Below are positions 25,915-37,353 of a stretch of 64,000 nt of DNA, in pieces; position 1 is the stretch's first letter, and each line of letters opens with the position of its first letter. The DNA comes from Chiloscyllium plagiosum (taxonomy: Eukaryota). A program made the translations under genes and the position numbers. Location: contig NC_057718.1 of the NCBI RefSeq assembly GCF_004010195.1, positions 6,135,988-6,199,987 on the forward strand. Direction: 5' to 3'. The notes below the pieces were generated by a model. It made no database searches. It worked only from the letters and a program-made list of their open reading frames with translations, and was not told the origin of the DNA.

Positions 25915-26970
25915 CAAGAACTGTACTGATCCCCTTCTTGAAAACATATAGTATTTTGGCCTCTACCACTATCTGTGCTAGTGAATTCCACAAGCTCACC
26001 ATTCTCTCATTAAAGATGTTTCTCTTCATCTTAGTCTTCAAAGATTTACCTCCTTAACCTTAGACTGTGGCTCATGGTTCTGGACTTGCCCAACATAATA
26101 GGGTCCATCCTTCTTGCATTTAACCTCTTTAGACGTGCTAGAATTTTTCACGGTTTCTTGGAGATCCCCCCTCATTTTTCCAAACTCCCATGAATATTGT
26201 CCTAACCGACTCAATCTCTCCTCATACATCATTCCTGCCATTCCAGGAATCAGTGGGTGGCACGGTGGCACAGTGGTTAGCACTGCTGCCTCAGCGCCAG
26301 AGACCCGGGTTCAATTCCCACCTCAGGCGACTGACTGTGTGGAGTTTGCACGTTCTCCCCGTGTCTGCGTGGGTGTCCTCCGGGTGCTCCGGTTTCCTCC
26401 CACAGTCCAAAGATGTGCAGGTCAGGTCAATTGGCCATGCTAAATTGCCCGTAGTGTTAGGTAAGGGGTAAATGTAGGGGTATGGGTGGGTTGCGCTTCG
26501 GCGGGGTGGTGTGGACTTGTTGGGCCGAAGGGCCTGTTTCCACACTATAAGTAATCTAATCTGATGTAATCAGTCTCAATTAACCTTCGCTGTACTCCCT
26601 CCATAGCAAGAATATCCTTCCTCAGATAAGGAGACCAAAACTGCGCGCAATATTGCTGGTGTGGCCTCACCAATGTACCAGTTGCAGCAATATTTCTTGG
26701 TCCTGTACACAAATCCTCTCATGATGAAGGCCAACAGTTTACTATCTTGATTGCATGCTATACCTGCGTGCTTATGTTCAGTGACAAGTGTACAAGGACA
26801 CCCAGGACTCATTGAATATGTCCCTCTCTAAATTTGTAGCCATCCAATAATAATCTGCTATCCTATTTTTGCTGTAAAAGTGGGTACATTTATCCACATT
26901 ATGCTGTGTTTGTTGTGCATTTGCCCACTTACTCAGCCCATCCAAATCACACTGCAATATCTCTGCATCT
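25915..26970 (-). mobile_element. CR1 LINE fragment, host of an HE1 insertion
   Basis: LQCDLDGLSKWA; IPGMAGMMYEERLSRLG...MRGDL. Confidence 0.8.
26255..26567 (+). mobile_element. HE1 SINE, full length, with 7-bp TSD aatcagt
   Basis: Near-identical to 21833-22145; aatcagt at 26248-26254 and 26568-26574. Confidence 0.92.
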
Positions 26971-27079
26971 GAGCGAATCACGAGAATATACACTGGTTCC
27001 TGTTTTTTCAAAGAATTGGCCAACAAACACCAGAGATAATTTTACAAGCGACACAAAACAACAAAGAAAGAGTGATCAC

Positions 27080-27209
27080 CTGTCCTCCCGTCTCCAGTCA
27101 GCTGTCCTCCATCTCCATCCTCGTACATCGCCACAACACTTATTCTGTAGGGAGTGTCGGCTGTGAGGGGCTGCAGAGTGACTGTGTTTCGCCTTCCAGG
27201 AACAAAGGT
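27080..27209 (-). CDS. COL12A1: COL12A1 exon, FN3-16 second half: [43 protein letters not shown]
   Basis: Acceptor ttttccag, donor gtgatc; 130 nt, phase 0-1; preceded by a 117-nt intron. Confidence 0.95.
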
Positions 27210-27326
27210 CTGGAAAACAGGAAACAATTCCATGAATTAAGCCCACTGCGGAGGGATGGAGCAAGGGGATAAAAGTGACCAATTCAAAGATCTGAAACTC
27301 AGGGAAGGATTGTTGAGTGCACTTAC

Positions 27327-27469
27327 AAACTCCTCGATGGGGTCTCCGACAGTGGGAGCGTATATAATCCGGTACTGCTGAACAGGACCCTCAGCATGAT
27401 CCCAGCTCACAGTCAAGCTGTTGGTTGTAGCATCATACACCCTCATATTCCTGGGTCCACTCCGGGTTA
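27327..27469 (-). CDS. COL12A1: COL12A1 exon, FN3-16 first half: (L)[47 protein letters not shown]
   Basis: Acceptor tgcacag, donor gtaagt; 143 nt, phase 1-0. Confidence 0.95.
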
Positions 27470-27809
27470 CTGTGCAGATGGAGGGAAACATAATGTCAAT
27501 TATGATTGTGATGTGCACCAAGTGCAGGAGAAATCACAGACAATTCACACAACAGAAACAGGCCATTCATCCCAACTATATCGGTGTCTCTCCTCCACCT
27601 CCCACCACCCCCCACTTCATTACCCTTATCCCCAGATTTTTCTATTCCTTTCCTTTTCGGGTGTTTTTCCAGCTCCCCATGAAAGGATTGCATTCAACTC
27701 ACCCTAACCACTTCTTGTGAGTAAAGAACGTTCTTCCTCTTGGTTTTATTTGCGAATGTCTTATTTTTATGGCCCTTAGTTGTGATCCCCCAAATGTCAC
27801 AGAATCACA

Positions 27810-28300
27810 GAATTGTTGCAGGCCATTCAGCCCATTGTGCCTGCCCTATCTCATTAAATTACCTAGAGCCAATCCCCTACTTCATCCCCTTACCCTTGGA
27901 TGTTATTTTTATCTATATAACCACCTAATGCTTTCTTGAATGCCTCAATTGAACCTGCCTCGACCACATTTCCTGTCAGCGCATTCCATACCCTAACTAC
28001 TTGCTAAGTGAAATGTTTTTTTTTCCCTCACGTCATTCTTGCTTCTCTTGAAGATCACTTTAAAGCTACTCCCTCACATTCTTGTTCCTTTACTGAGCAT
28101 GAAAAGCTTCTCCCTACTTACCCTATCTAGGCCACTCATGATTTTGAAAATATCAATCAAATCTTCTCTTAGTCCCTGTTCTCCAAGAAGAACAGTCCTA
28201 AAGTCTTAAATCTCGCCTCAGAACTGAAGTTTCTCATCCGTGGAACTGTTCTTGTAAATCTTTTCTGTACTCTCTCAACTGCGTTCACCTCCTTCCTCTG
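27810..28300 (-). mobile_element. Old CR1 3' fragment
   Basis: Reverse complement of a CR1 C-terminus and 3'UTR. Confidence 0.6.
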
Positions 28301-28547
28301 AGGTCATGTCTCACTGTCCATCCTCTCAGATCTTTTTGAACTTTTAAGGATTTTGATCAGAACACTCTTCAGGCTTAGAGACAGGAAATAGCCTCTGCCT
28401 CATCAGCCACTCCTGATAGCTGTATCGGAGTTAGAGTCACATTCATACAAAATGCACCCATTCATCGTCGCACAGATGTATGGACACAACAGGTACATGC
28501 ACATGGGCTTACGCAAATAAAGATGCGTGAACAGCTACTGAACTTAC

Positions 28548-28677
28548 ATGTTTGGCCCTCGCTGGCTTGCGGATCCCCTTCCCCATCAGCATACATTGCT
28601 ACCACGTTGACAGAATACTTTGTGTCTGGTTGCAGACGTTGCAAGAGCACATTGTTGGTGTTTCCGGGCACCACAAC
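28548..28677 (-). CDS. COL12A1: COL12A1 exon, FN3-15 second half: [43 protein letters not shown]
   Basis: Acceptor tgttcag, donor gtaagt; 130 nt, phase 0-1. Confidence 0.94.
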
Positions 28678-28926
28678 CTGAACAGCGAACAGCAGATCCA
28701 CATCAGCATATACACAATCACAAAAAAAGGATCAGAGTCCATAAACCCACAGCCAACGTTCATATTGCAGTCAGATGGCAACTTACTAACGTGCCAATGA
28801 GTGAAGCCAAACTGATTACACAGTCATTTTTAGTTTTAGATTATCACAAACTGCACTGAAGCTCAGCGAAATGAATCAGTCAGAAACGTTCCTTACTGTA
28901 CTGGTTTCTGGGTAATGGTGACTTAC

Positions 28927-29069
28927 ATATTGAGGGGGTTGGGTTCCAGTCAGTGGTGCATAAACCACCCTGTACTGCTGCACAGGCCCCGGTGCACTGG
29001 TCCAGCGAACATTCAGGCTGTTTGGTGATGGGTTGAAGACTTGAACGTTTCCAGGTGCCCCACGGATTA
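28927..29069 (-). CDS. COL12A1: COL12A1 exon, FN3-15 first half: (L)[47 protein letters not shown]
   Basis: Acceptor tgtctag, donor gtaagt; 143 nt, phase 1-0. Confidence 0.94.
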
Positions 29070-29104
29070 CTAGACATAGGAAGAAAGACTGTATTACAGT
29101 TATG

Positions 29105-29151
29105 ACACACACACACACACACACACAAACACACACACTCTCTCTCTCTCT
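29105..29151 (+). repeat. Compound (AC)n(TC)n microsatellite
   Basis: Direct reading of sequence. Confidence 0.95.
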
Positions 29152-29671
29152 AATCATGCAGCTCAATACATTTTGTTGGTCAAGATGTAGAGGGGAGAAT
29201 TTCCTGCTTTATTCACTTGTGAATCATGGGTGTTGCTGTCTGGGCCAGCATTTATTGCTCATCCCTAATTGCCTTTGAGAAGGTGGTGGTGAGAGAATAG
29301 CTACCTCTGTGTAACTTCTGGAGTTCCAAATGCCATTGCTGTATCTTGAGATGACAATGAGGTCACAAAGTGGGCTAGGATGGGATACATTACACAGTCA
29401 AAGCACTACTGTCCCCATTATTAATGGGAGACAAAGGAGTGATAATAAGGAAATCAATGCTCCCTCGATGGTATATGTTTAGATCAATTCGATCTTTCTC
29501 TTGTCTGCTGGAACATTTTGCAAGCTTCTTTTGAAAACAGGATTGGGCTTGACTGAAACAATGTTAAAAAATCATGCACTGACTTGACTAGACCGATACA
29601 CTGGTCAATTTGGCAAAACATTGATCACCTCCAGTGCCTATAAAATTTGCCCCTGCATATGACATGGCCTA

Positions 29672-29819
29672 GGCAAAAGTGAGGATGGCAGATGCTGGAA
29701 ACCAGAGTTTAGATCAGACTGGTGCTGGAAAAGCACAGCAGGTCAGGCAGCATCCGAGGTCCTGCTCCTCAGATGCTGCTTGACCTGCTGTGCTTTTCCA
29801 ACACCACTCTGATCTAAAC
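29672..29819. mobile_element. Palindromic Penelope-terminus derivative (subfamily A) lacking the ribozyme core
   Basis: Arms 29707-29759 and 29767-29819 are inverted. Confidence 0.8.
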
Positions 29820-30216
29820 ATACGACATGGCCTGCAGATGACTGGAGTGCACTTCCCCTTCTCAACGGGATGCTGAGACTCCCATCTTCACACACACTGC
29901 TGTGGTTCAAGGTGAAAGTCAATGTTGATGAAAGCAATCCCCAATTAATGTCAACCATAATGATAACCACATCCCAAGAACTGGAAATTCATCACTGAGC
30001 AATTGATGTAAGAGCATTAAGACTAGAAGCAGGAGTTGGCCATTCAGCTTCCCGAATGGCCTTCCGACATAGAATACAACCAAGGCTGACCTCTTCTCGG
30101 CCTCAACTTTACATTCCTGACCGCTATCCAAAATTAACTAAACATCTGCTGTCCCTTCCTTAAATTTACCTAATGTCCTGTGGTCCACTACATTCTGGGG
30201 GGAATTCCACAAAGGA

Positions 30217-30525
30217 TGGCACGGTGACTCACAGGTTACCTCACAGCACCAGCGACCCAGGTTCAATTTCCCCCTTGGGTGTCTGGCTGTGCAGAGTTTG
30301 CACAATCTTCCCGTGTCTGTGCGGGCTTCCTCCCACAGTCCAGGTTAGACCATTCTAAATTGCCTGTCGTGTCCAGGGATGTGCAGGCTAAGTAGATTAG
30401 CCATGGGAAATGCAAGGTTACAGGGACAGAGTAGGGGGTGGGACTGGGTGGGATCTTATCGAAGGGTCAGCGTGGACTCCATGGGCTGAATGGCCTGCTT
30501 CAATACTGTCGGGATTCTATGATTC
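30217..30525 (+). mobile_element. HE1-like SINE, older
   Basis: gatggcacggtgactca...ccaggttcaattt...; gggattctatga tail. Confidence 0.75.
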
Positions 30526-30637
30526 ATGATCCTTTGAGAGAAATCATTTCTGCTATGCTCTGTTTTAAGCTACCCAGCTTTTGACCTGAAGAAAAGCAAA
30601 CTATCTGCTTTAGGTCATGATCTTACTGAGCACTTAC

Positions 30638-30767
30638 ATGTTCTCCCAGTACTGGATCTACGAGCACCTTCACCTTCGCTGTAGACAGGAACCACTGTCA
30701 CTTTGTAAGGTGTATCCGGATTCAGGCTCCTGAGGACCGTGCTGTGTGTATTTCCTGGCACAGTGAC
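30638..30767 (-). CDS. COL12A1: COL12A1 exon, FN3-14 second half: [43 protein letters not shown]
   Basis: Acceptor ttttgccag, donor gtaagt; 130 nt, phase 0-1; not in ORF track. Confidence 0.94.
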
Positions 30768-30912
30768 CTGGCAAAATAAAGGCAACACAACTCAGCACCA
30801 TCTGCAAATATTATTGGATGGAATTCAGTTGTGCCACAGTGTTGTTAATGTACTAATAGTCCATTAGAGTGTAAATTCAATTCTCTCAATGATTTGGACT
30901 GGGGTGTACAAA

Positions 30913-31163
30913 GTTTATATTTCTTTTTTGTTTGAAACTGAGTTGAGGCTGCCCGTTGAGAGATTTAAAAATCACACAGCACCAGGTTATAGTCCAACAG
31001 GTTTATTTGGAAGCACTAGCTTTCAGAGCACTGCTCAAGGAGAATCATTCCGAAAGCTAGTGCTTCCAAATAAACCTGTTGGACTGTAACCTGGTGCTGT
31101 GTGATTTTTAAATCTCTCAACGGGCAGCCTCAACTCAGTTTCAAACAAAAAAGAAATATAAAC
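30913..31163. repeat. 112-bp near-perfect inverted repeat with 27-nt spacer, built on a Penelope-terminus palindrome (subfamily C)
   Basis: Arms 30913-31024 and 31052-31163; one mismatch (30990 T vs 31086 G). Confidence 0.95.
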
Positions 31164-32384
31164 ATTTGATCCCAGTTAAAGTGATCATAAGGCTGTCTGT
31201 CCACTTGTAAACATTGCTTCATTCAGGCCCTTTAGGGAAGGAAACTTGTTGAAGTTACCCATTCTGGGTCTCCATGTGACTCCAGTACCATATCAGCCTT
31301 AATCAGCCAATGAAGTAGTTTAGCAGTTGAATCGGATTATGAAGAGCAATAAATGCCTGACTTACCTGTGATGACCCACATACTAAGAATAAAGTTTTAT
31401 TGCTCATTAATTTCTTAATTAACAAGGAGAGCTTGCTGTGCGCTAATTGGTTGACAGTGAACTTATATCTAACTTACTTCAATGGCTGTAAAGTATAGCA
31501 TACAAATAGCAGCTCTTTCTTTCTATATAAAGCTCAGTGCCTTTATTAATTCTTGTAATTAAGTTCAAAATCAAAAAAAAACAGAGGAGCTGGGAGCTTC
31601 AAGTTCATGGATCTTTGCAAGGATGGTCAATGGTTTCAAAAGGAAATTCAAATGGGTGTCGACAGTTGAAGGAAATAAACTCACAAGACAATGAGGGTCA
31701 AGTGGAACAATGGATAGCATGGGCTTAATGGAGTGGATGGCCTTTTTTTTGTGCAGTGATGACTTTGTGATTACACTTATTTCCCTCTGGTCCTAAGTCC
31801 TATTTACAGAAAACTCCGTACAGCTACTCAAGGAGGAGAAAGTATTCTAGAAGTGTGCATAGCAACATGAATAAGTCCTCAGACACAAACAAACATCATT
31901 TCAAAACCTTGGGATGAAGCTCCTGGATCTTGCTGCTGTGAATTTGACAGAGATCCTATTCATGCAAGGAAGCAAGGACTGATTTCCCCGAATTTCCAGC
32001 TGTAAGGCAGTAACCTTTCCACAGACCAGAAGAAATAGGATCACGAGTCGGCCATCTAGCCCCTTGAGCCTGCCCTCCCATTCAAGGGGATCACAACTGT
32101 TCTGAGATTCCTCACACTCACTTTCTTGCCCTTTCCCCATAACCCTTGATTCCTCCACTGATCAAGAATCCATTTGTGTCAGTCTTAAGTATACACAAGG
32201 GCTCTGACACCCCTGACATTTGTTTGACAGTGTGTCATTGGTATAGGGACTAAATAAGAGATTAATAGATAGCATAAGCAGTCATAGTGAAATGTATGGT
32301 GCGTTTCCTACTCAATCACCATCAGATTGTGCTTGCACACCCTCAATCTCCCTGATTCCACTATCGCCAACCACACCTTTGATG

Positions 32385-32660
32385 GCTCAGTGGTTAGCAC
32401 TGTGCTAGGGACTTGGGTTCAATTCAAACCTCAGTTGACTCTCTGTGTGGAGTTTTCACATTTTCTCTGCATCCACGTAGATTTCCTCTGGGTGCTCCGG
32501 TTTTCTCCCACAGTCAAAGGATGCGCAGATTATGTGGATTGGCCATGGAAAGTACAGGGTTGCAGGGAAGGGGGTTGGGTTGGAGTAGAATGCTTTTTAG
32601 AAGGGCAGTGTGGATTCAATGACCAAGTAGTCTGTTTCCACACTTTAGGGATTCTATAAT
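32385..32660 (+). mobile_element. HE1-like SINE, older
   Basis: ggctcagtggttagcac...gggttcaatt...gtgtggagtttt. Confidence 0.7.
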
Positions 32661-32965
32661 TCAACTGTTTGGGCCTGAAGCCCTGGAATTCCTTCCATAA
32701 GTCTCTCTGCTGTACTTACCCCTCTCTCCTCCTTGAGCACATTCCTTAAAACCTACCACTTTCACCAAGGTTTGTTTTTACATCTTTGCGTGAGTCAATG
32801 TCAACATTTTATGGATCGTATTCCTGTGAAGCACCTTGGGAAGGTTTCCCAGCATTAACGGCGCTATGGAAATGCCACTCGATGCTGTTGACTATCGCTA
32901 CATTGCATCTGCAGTAAGCCCTGAGCTACATTTAGCAATGAACTACACTGAGTTGTGATGCTCAC

Positions 32966-33108
32966 CACTTCTTCATTTCCAGCTCCAGTTGTTGGAACAT
33001 AATGAATCTTATAGCGACGTACAACTCCTTCAGCAGGATCCCAGATCACATTGAGCGAGCTCGTTGTTGGGTTGTACACTCTGAGATTTCGAACAGAAGC
33101 AAGTGGCT
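32966..33108 (-). CDS. COL12A1: COL12A1 exon, FN3-14 first half: (K)[47 protein letters not shown]
   Basis: Acceptor tttttcag, donor gtgagc; 143 nt, phase 1-0. Confidence 0.94.
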
Positions 33109-34129
33109 CTGAAAAACACAAACATTTCAGATGGTTTTATATGAAGGGCCTAGACAGAGCTCCCAAATGCTCCCTTGATTTCCACTGTGCGCTACCAACT
33201 TGTGTCTCCCAACATAAACCATGGTTTCAAATAGAGTCCATCAGCATAAAGGATTAGGCAATGATACCCAGTCTGTACTGAGTGAGTAACTCACAATGGG
33301 AGATGTGATCAGAGAGCTAGATGTGGTCTTCACACCCTCAGAGGTATCAAGTTTCACTCTCAGAAAGCATAGAATGAGGCCATTCAGTTCTCAATGGAGG
33401 GCTAAATGACTAAGGGACATAGATTTAAAGTGAGGGACAGGAGGTTTAGAGGAGATTTGAGGAAACACCTTTACACCCAGAGGGTGTGTGAATCTGGAAT
33501 TCAGTGCCTGTAAGGGTGGGAGACACAGAAATCCTCATCACATTTCAGAAGGATTTCGATGTACATTTGTGATGCCATGGCATACAAGGCTATGGGTCAA
33601 ATGATGGAAAGCAGGTTTAGAATAATCAGGTAACTGTTTCTGACTGGTGCAGAAATGAAAGGCCAAAGTCTTTTTACTGTGCTTAGAGATCTGTAAGATG
33701 CTATGAGAGCATACACAAGGCTTATGGGCATCAATTCTAAAGGGATAAGGTGAAAACTGGGAAATCTGAAGTATCTTTAGGAAATTGTTGGGACACCAGG
33801 ACATCTAATGAAAACGAGGACTGTCCTGGCAAAACCACATTGTCTCTGGAACTGTTATCGAGTAAATGACTGATCCGACACCAGTAGCTACCGGGTGCCA
33901 TTCATATTTGCCACATGCAAGCTGCATAGCCTGCAAAGGAGTGGGGAGGAGGCCATTCAACCCATCAAGCCTGCTATACCTCACAGTACATCTGTACTTC
34001 AACCTCCTTTTCCACCTTTGCTTGTTCTGGATTCACCCACCAGATGAAAATTTGGAAAATATGAATGCGTAGATATCCGCTTCTGCAAATCCCAGGAGTT
34101 TTTTATGTCACTGGCATATGTGGAGACAA

Positions 34130-34625
34130 AAATTACAGCAGATGCTGGAATCCAAGGTAGACCAGCATGAGACTGGAAGAACACAGCAAGCCCGGCAGCA
34201 TCACGAGGTTGAGAAGTCAACGTTTCAGATATAACACTTCTTCAGGGCTGAGGGTGGGTATCAGGGAAGCTCCAGATAAAGGGAAGGGCGGAGGAGGGTT
34301 TTGGGTGGGGAGAGGGGCAGGGTGGTGAGGTAGGGATAGGTGAACACAGGTAGAGGGTACGGCCTGGTTGGTCGATGGGAGGAACTAATCCAATCAGTAG
34401 CTGGAAGGAAGGGTGAGTCAGAGGAATGGAAGGGAATGGGAAGGACTGGGGAGGGAGGTTATTTGACATTGGAGAACTCAATGTTGAGTCCTCCAGGCTG
34501 TAGGCTGCCTAGGTGGAAGATGAGGTGTTGTTCCCCCAATTTGCGATCTGATTCGCTGTGGCAATGAAGGAGGCCAAGGCTGGTCATTTCGGAGAGGGAG
34601 CGGGAAGGGCAATTGAAATGGGGGG
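34130..34625 (-). mobile_element. Penelope-like element 3' end (GIY-YIG C-terminus plus terminal repeat)
   Basis: Minus strand reads ..KLGEQHLIFHLGSLQPGGLNIEF; terminal repeat carries a hammerhead-like core. Confidence 0.75.
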
Positions 34626-34974
34626 TGAGAGGTCAGGTGAGGCAGCAATGCTAACCACTGGGCTACCATGCCGCCCTCAAAAAAGATCTCAAATCTTTTA
34701 AACAAACTGCATCAGTCCTCAGGGATTTGAGTGGGCAGGGCAAGCATTCTGAAACGTGAGTGACTCTTCATTCCTGCTTAATACTGCAAAACCGTTGTGA
34801 ACAAAAGCAGCCCCTCATCATTCAGGAATGTGAATGCATGGCCCACTTGGCACTGCAGTGCACTATTGGAGTTTGATTGGAGCTGCTGTGACATAAACTG
34901 AGGTCCTTTCGGATGGGGAAGAAATGATCTTGTGGCATATTTTGATGAAAATCTCCACTGTCAACTTTTTCTCA

Positions 34975-35540
34975 GTCATCTCTGGGACATGGGCAATGCT
35001 GGGGCAGCATTAATTGCCCATCCATAGTTGCTCTTGAGAAGATGGTGGTGAGCTGCTTTCTTGAATCGCTGCAGTCCACATTTTAGAAGTTGACCCACAA
35101 TGCCCTTAGGGACAGAATTCCAGGATTTTGACCCAGTGACACTGAAGGAATAACGATATATTTCCAAGTGAGGATGGTGATTGACTTGGAGGGGAACTTG
35201 CAGGTGGTGGTTTTCCCACATATCTGCTGCTCTTGACTTTCTACATGTAAGTGGTTGTGGATTTGGAAGGTGCTGTCTGAGAATCTTTCTAGAATTTCTG
35301 CAGTGCTTCTGTAGATAGTACACACTGCTGCTACTGAGCACCAGTGATGATTGGAGTGGATGGTAGTGGATGTGGTGACAATCAAGTGGACTGCTTTGGC
35401 CTGGATGGTGTCAGGCTTCTTGAGTGTTGTTGGAGTTGCCCCCATTCAGGCAGATGGGGAGTGGTCCATCACACTCCTGACTTGTGCCTTGTAGATGGTG
35501 GCCAGGTTTTGAAAAGTCAGGAGGTAAGTTACCTAGTCAA
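34975..35540 (-). mobile_element. Non-CR1 LINE ORF2 C-terminus and 3'UTR (clade uncertain)
   Basis: YKAQVRSVM...MGATPTTLKKPDTIQAKAVHLI...AAVCTIY; related copies at 36495-37120 (-) and 50380-51070 (+). Confidence 0.75.
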
Positions 35541-36494
35541 CAGTTATCCATCAATTGTCATTAATGATACCAATTGACTGTTTCTTTATCTCATTGCTGA
35601 TTGTGACAAGTTGTGCAAAACAAAGCTGCTGTATTTCGTGTATTACAGAAGTGAAATGGTGACTACACTTCAAAAGTATTTAATTGGCTCCAAAATACTT
35701 TGGAATGTCCTGAGGTTGTAAAAGGCACTAATTAAATGAATGTTCTTTCTTCTAAAGGAACAACATCACCTGTTTTGATTTACACTCCATCCTATTGCTA
35801 AGAAACCAGAAAGTTTACTTGCCTTTCCCAACGTAACCATACACTGAGCGGGTGGTTTCAATAACTTCTCCACAAAATGCCCCAAATCCCTTTCCCAATC
35901 AGCACGGCCTGCTGCTGATTTATTCAAAACATACTCCACTATTTGGTTTCCTTACTCCCAAACTAATTATTTTACATTTAGAAAAAAACAATTATTTTCT
36001 TGAGCTCCTTTTGAAGGAGGCTGTGAGATTGATGCCAAATAGCAACTAGTTTGTGCTATGGGTTTTGGATCTCTTTGATATTGCACTCAGGCAAGTTGAA
36101 AATTCCATTCCACTGCGGGACACATGTGGAGGAAGAGGCAGAATTCTATTCCATCAGCCCAAGAAGGAATTGAGAAGCAACTGAGGCTTTAGAAAGGGAC
36201 ATTATTATTTTGAAAATTAGGTTATCAAGTATTAATGAAGAGCAGGGAATTTTGAATATAAAGTTAAATAACTCCTGGTTTCGAACTTCACTCACCCAGT
36301 GTAAATAGTTGAATACATGATATAAATCCACCCAATTGCGATACTCTATTGGCCAATGATTAAGCCTGCCCCTTTCTTGTTAGGTTAATATTGAGGAGAG
36401 ATGTTTGGACAGAATGATGGACCGTACTAAGGAGCTGAATGATCTACATGTGCTACTAAAGTCAAAGATCACAGAGATACTGTACAGTTTTAAA

Positions 36495-37120
36495 ATTAAT
36501 TCATTGGATACAAAGGTCACTGGCTAATCCAGCTTTTAGTGCCCATTACCATTTACCCTCCAGAACATGATGGTGAGCTGCTTTCATGAACCACTGCAGT
36601 CTTTGGGATATAGGAGCATTCACAGTATTTTTAGGGAGAGAGCGCCATGGTTTTGACATAAAGCAGTGATATATTTCCAATTCAGGATGGTATGTGGCTT
36701 CAAGGGGAACTTGCTGCTGGTGGTGTTCCCATGTATCTGCTTTCCCTTGACCTTCTGATTGGTATAGGTCCTGGGTTTGCAAAATGCTGCTGAAAGTACC
36801 TTGGTGAATTACTACAGTGTCTAGCAGATGTTACACACTGCTGATGCTGAGCATCAGTGGTGGAGGCAGCAAAATTGGAAGCTGGCAGATGGAGTGCCAA
36901 TCAAACAGGATACTTTGGAAAAAGTTTATTGGAGTTCCACACCTCTGGGCAAGTGGGGAGTATTCTATCACACTCCTGAATTGTGCCCTGTACATGGTGG
37001 ACAGACTTTGAGGATCAGGGAGCTGGGTTCCTCTCTGGTCAATTCCCAGTCTTTGAGTAATCCTTGTAACCGCAGTATACAGTATTTATATGGCTGGTCT
37101 AGTTCAGTTTTTGAACCCTC
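36495..37120 (-). mobile_element. Non-CR1 LINE 3' fragment
   Basis: Colinear with 34975-35540. Confidence 0.7.
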
Positions 37121-37223
37121 AGGTGATGTAATTTCTCCTAGCCAACCTCCCACCCAATCCCCAACCACCATTCTCCCCACGACCCCTACACTGAGCAATC
37201 ATGTGCAAGGTCATCGAACATAC

Positions 37224-37353
37224 TTGTTCTGCCATTTCCAATGATCTGTCCCCCATCTCCAGCTCTAGAGACAGATACCACTTTGATTGAGTAAGGCGTG
37301 TCTGGATCCAGGTTCTGCAGCACCACGCTGTTCTGTCTGGCGCCCACAGTGAC
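37224..37353 (-). CDS. COL12A1: COL12A1 exon, FN3-13 second half: VTVGARQNSVVLQNLDPDTPYSIKVVSVSRAGDGGQIIGNGRT
   Basis: Acceptor tcttcaag, donor gtatgt; 130 nt, phase 0-1; the ORF track shows a different frame here. Confidence 0.93.
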
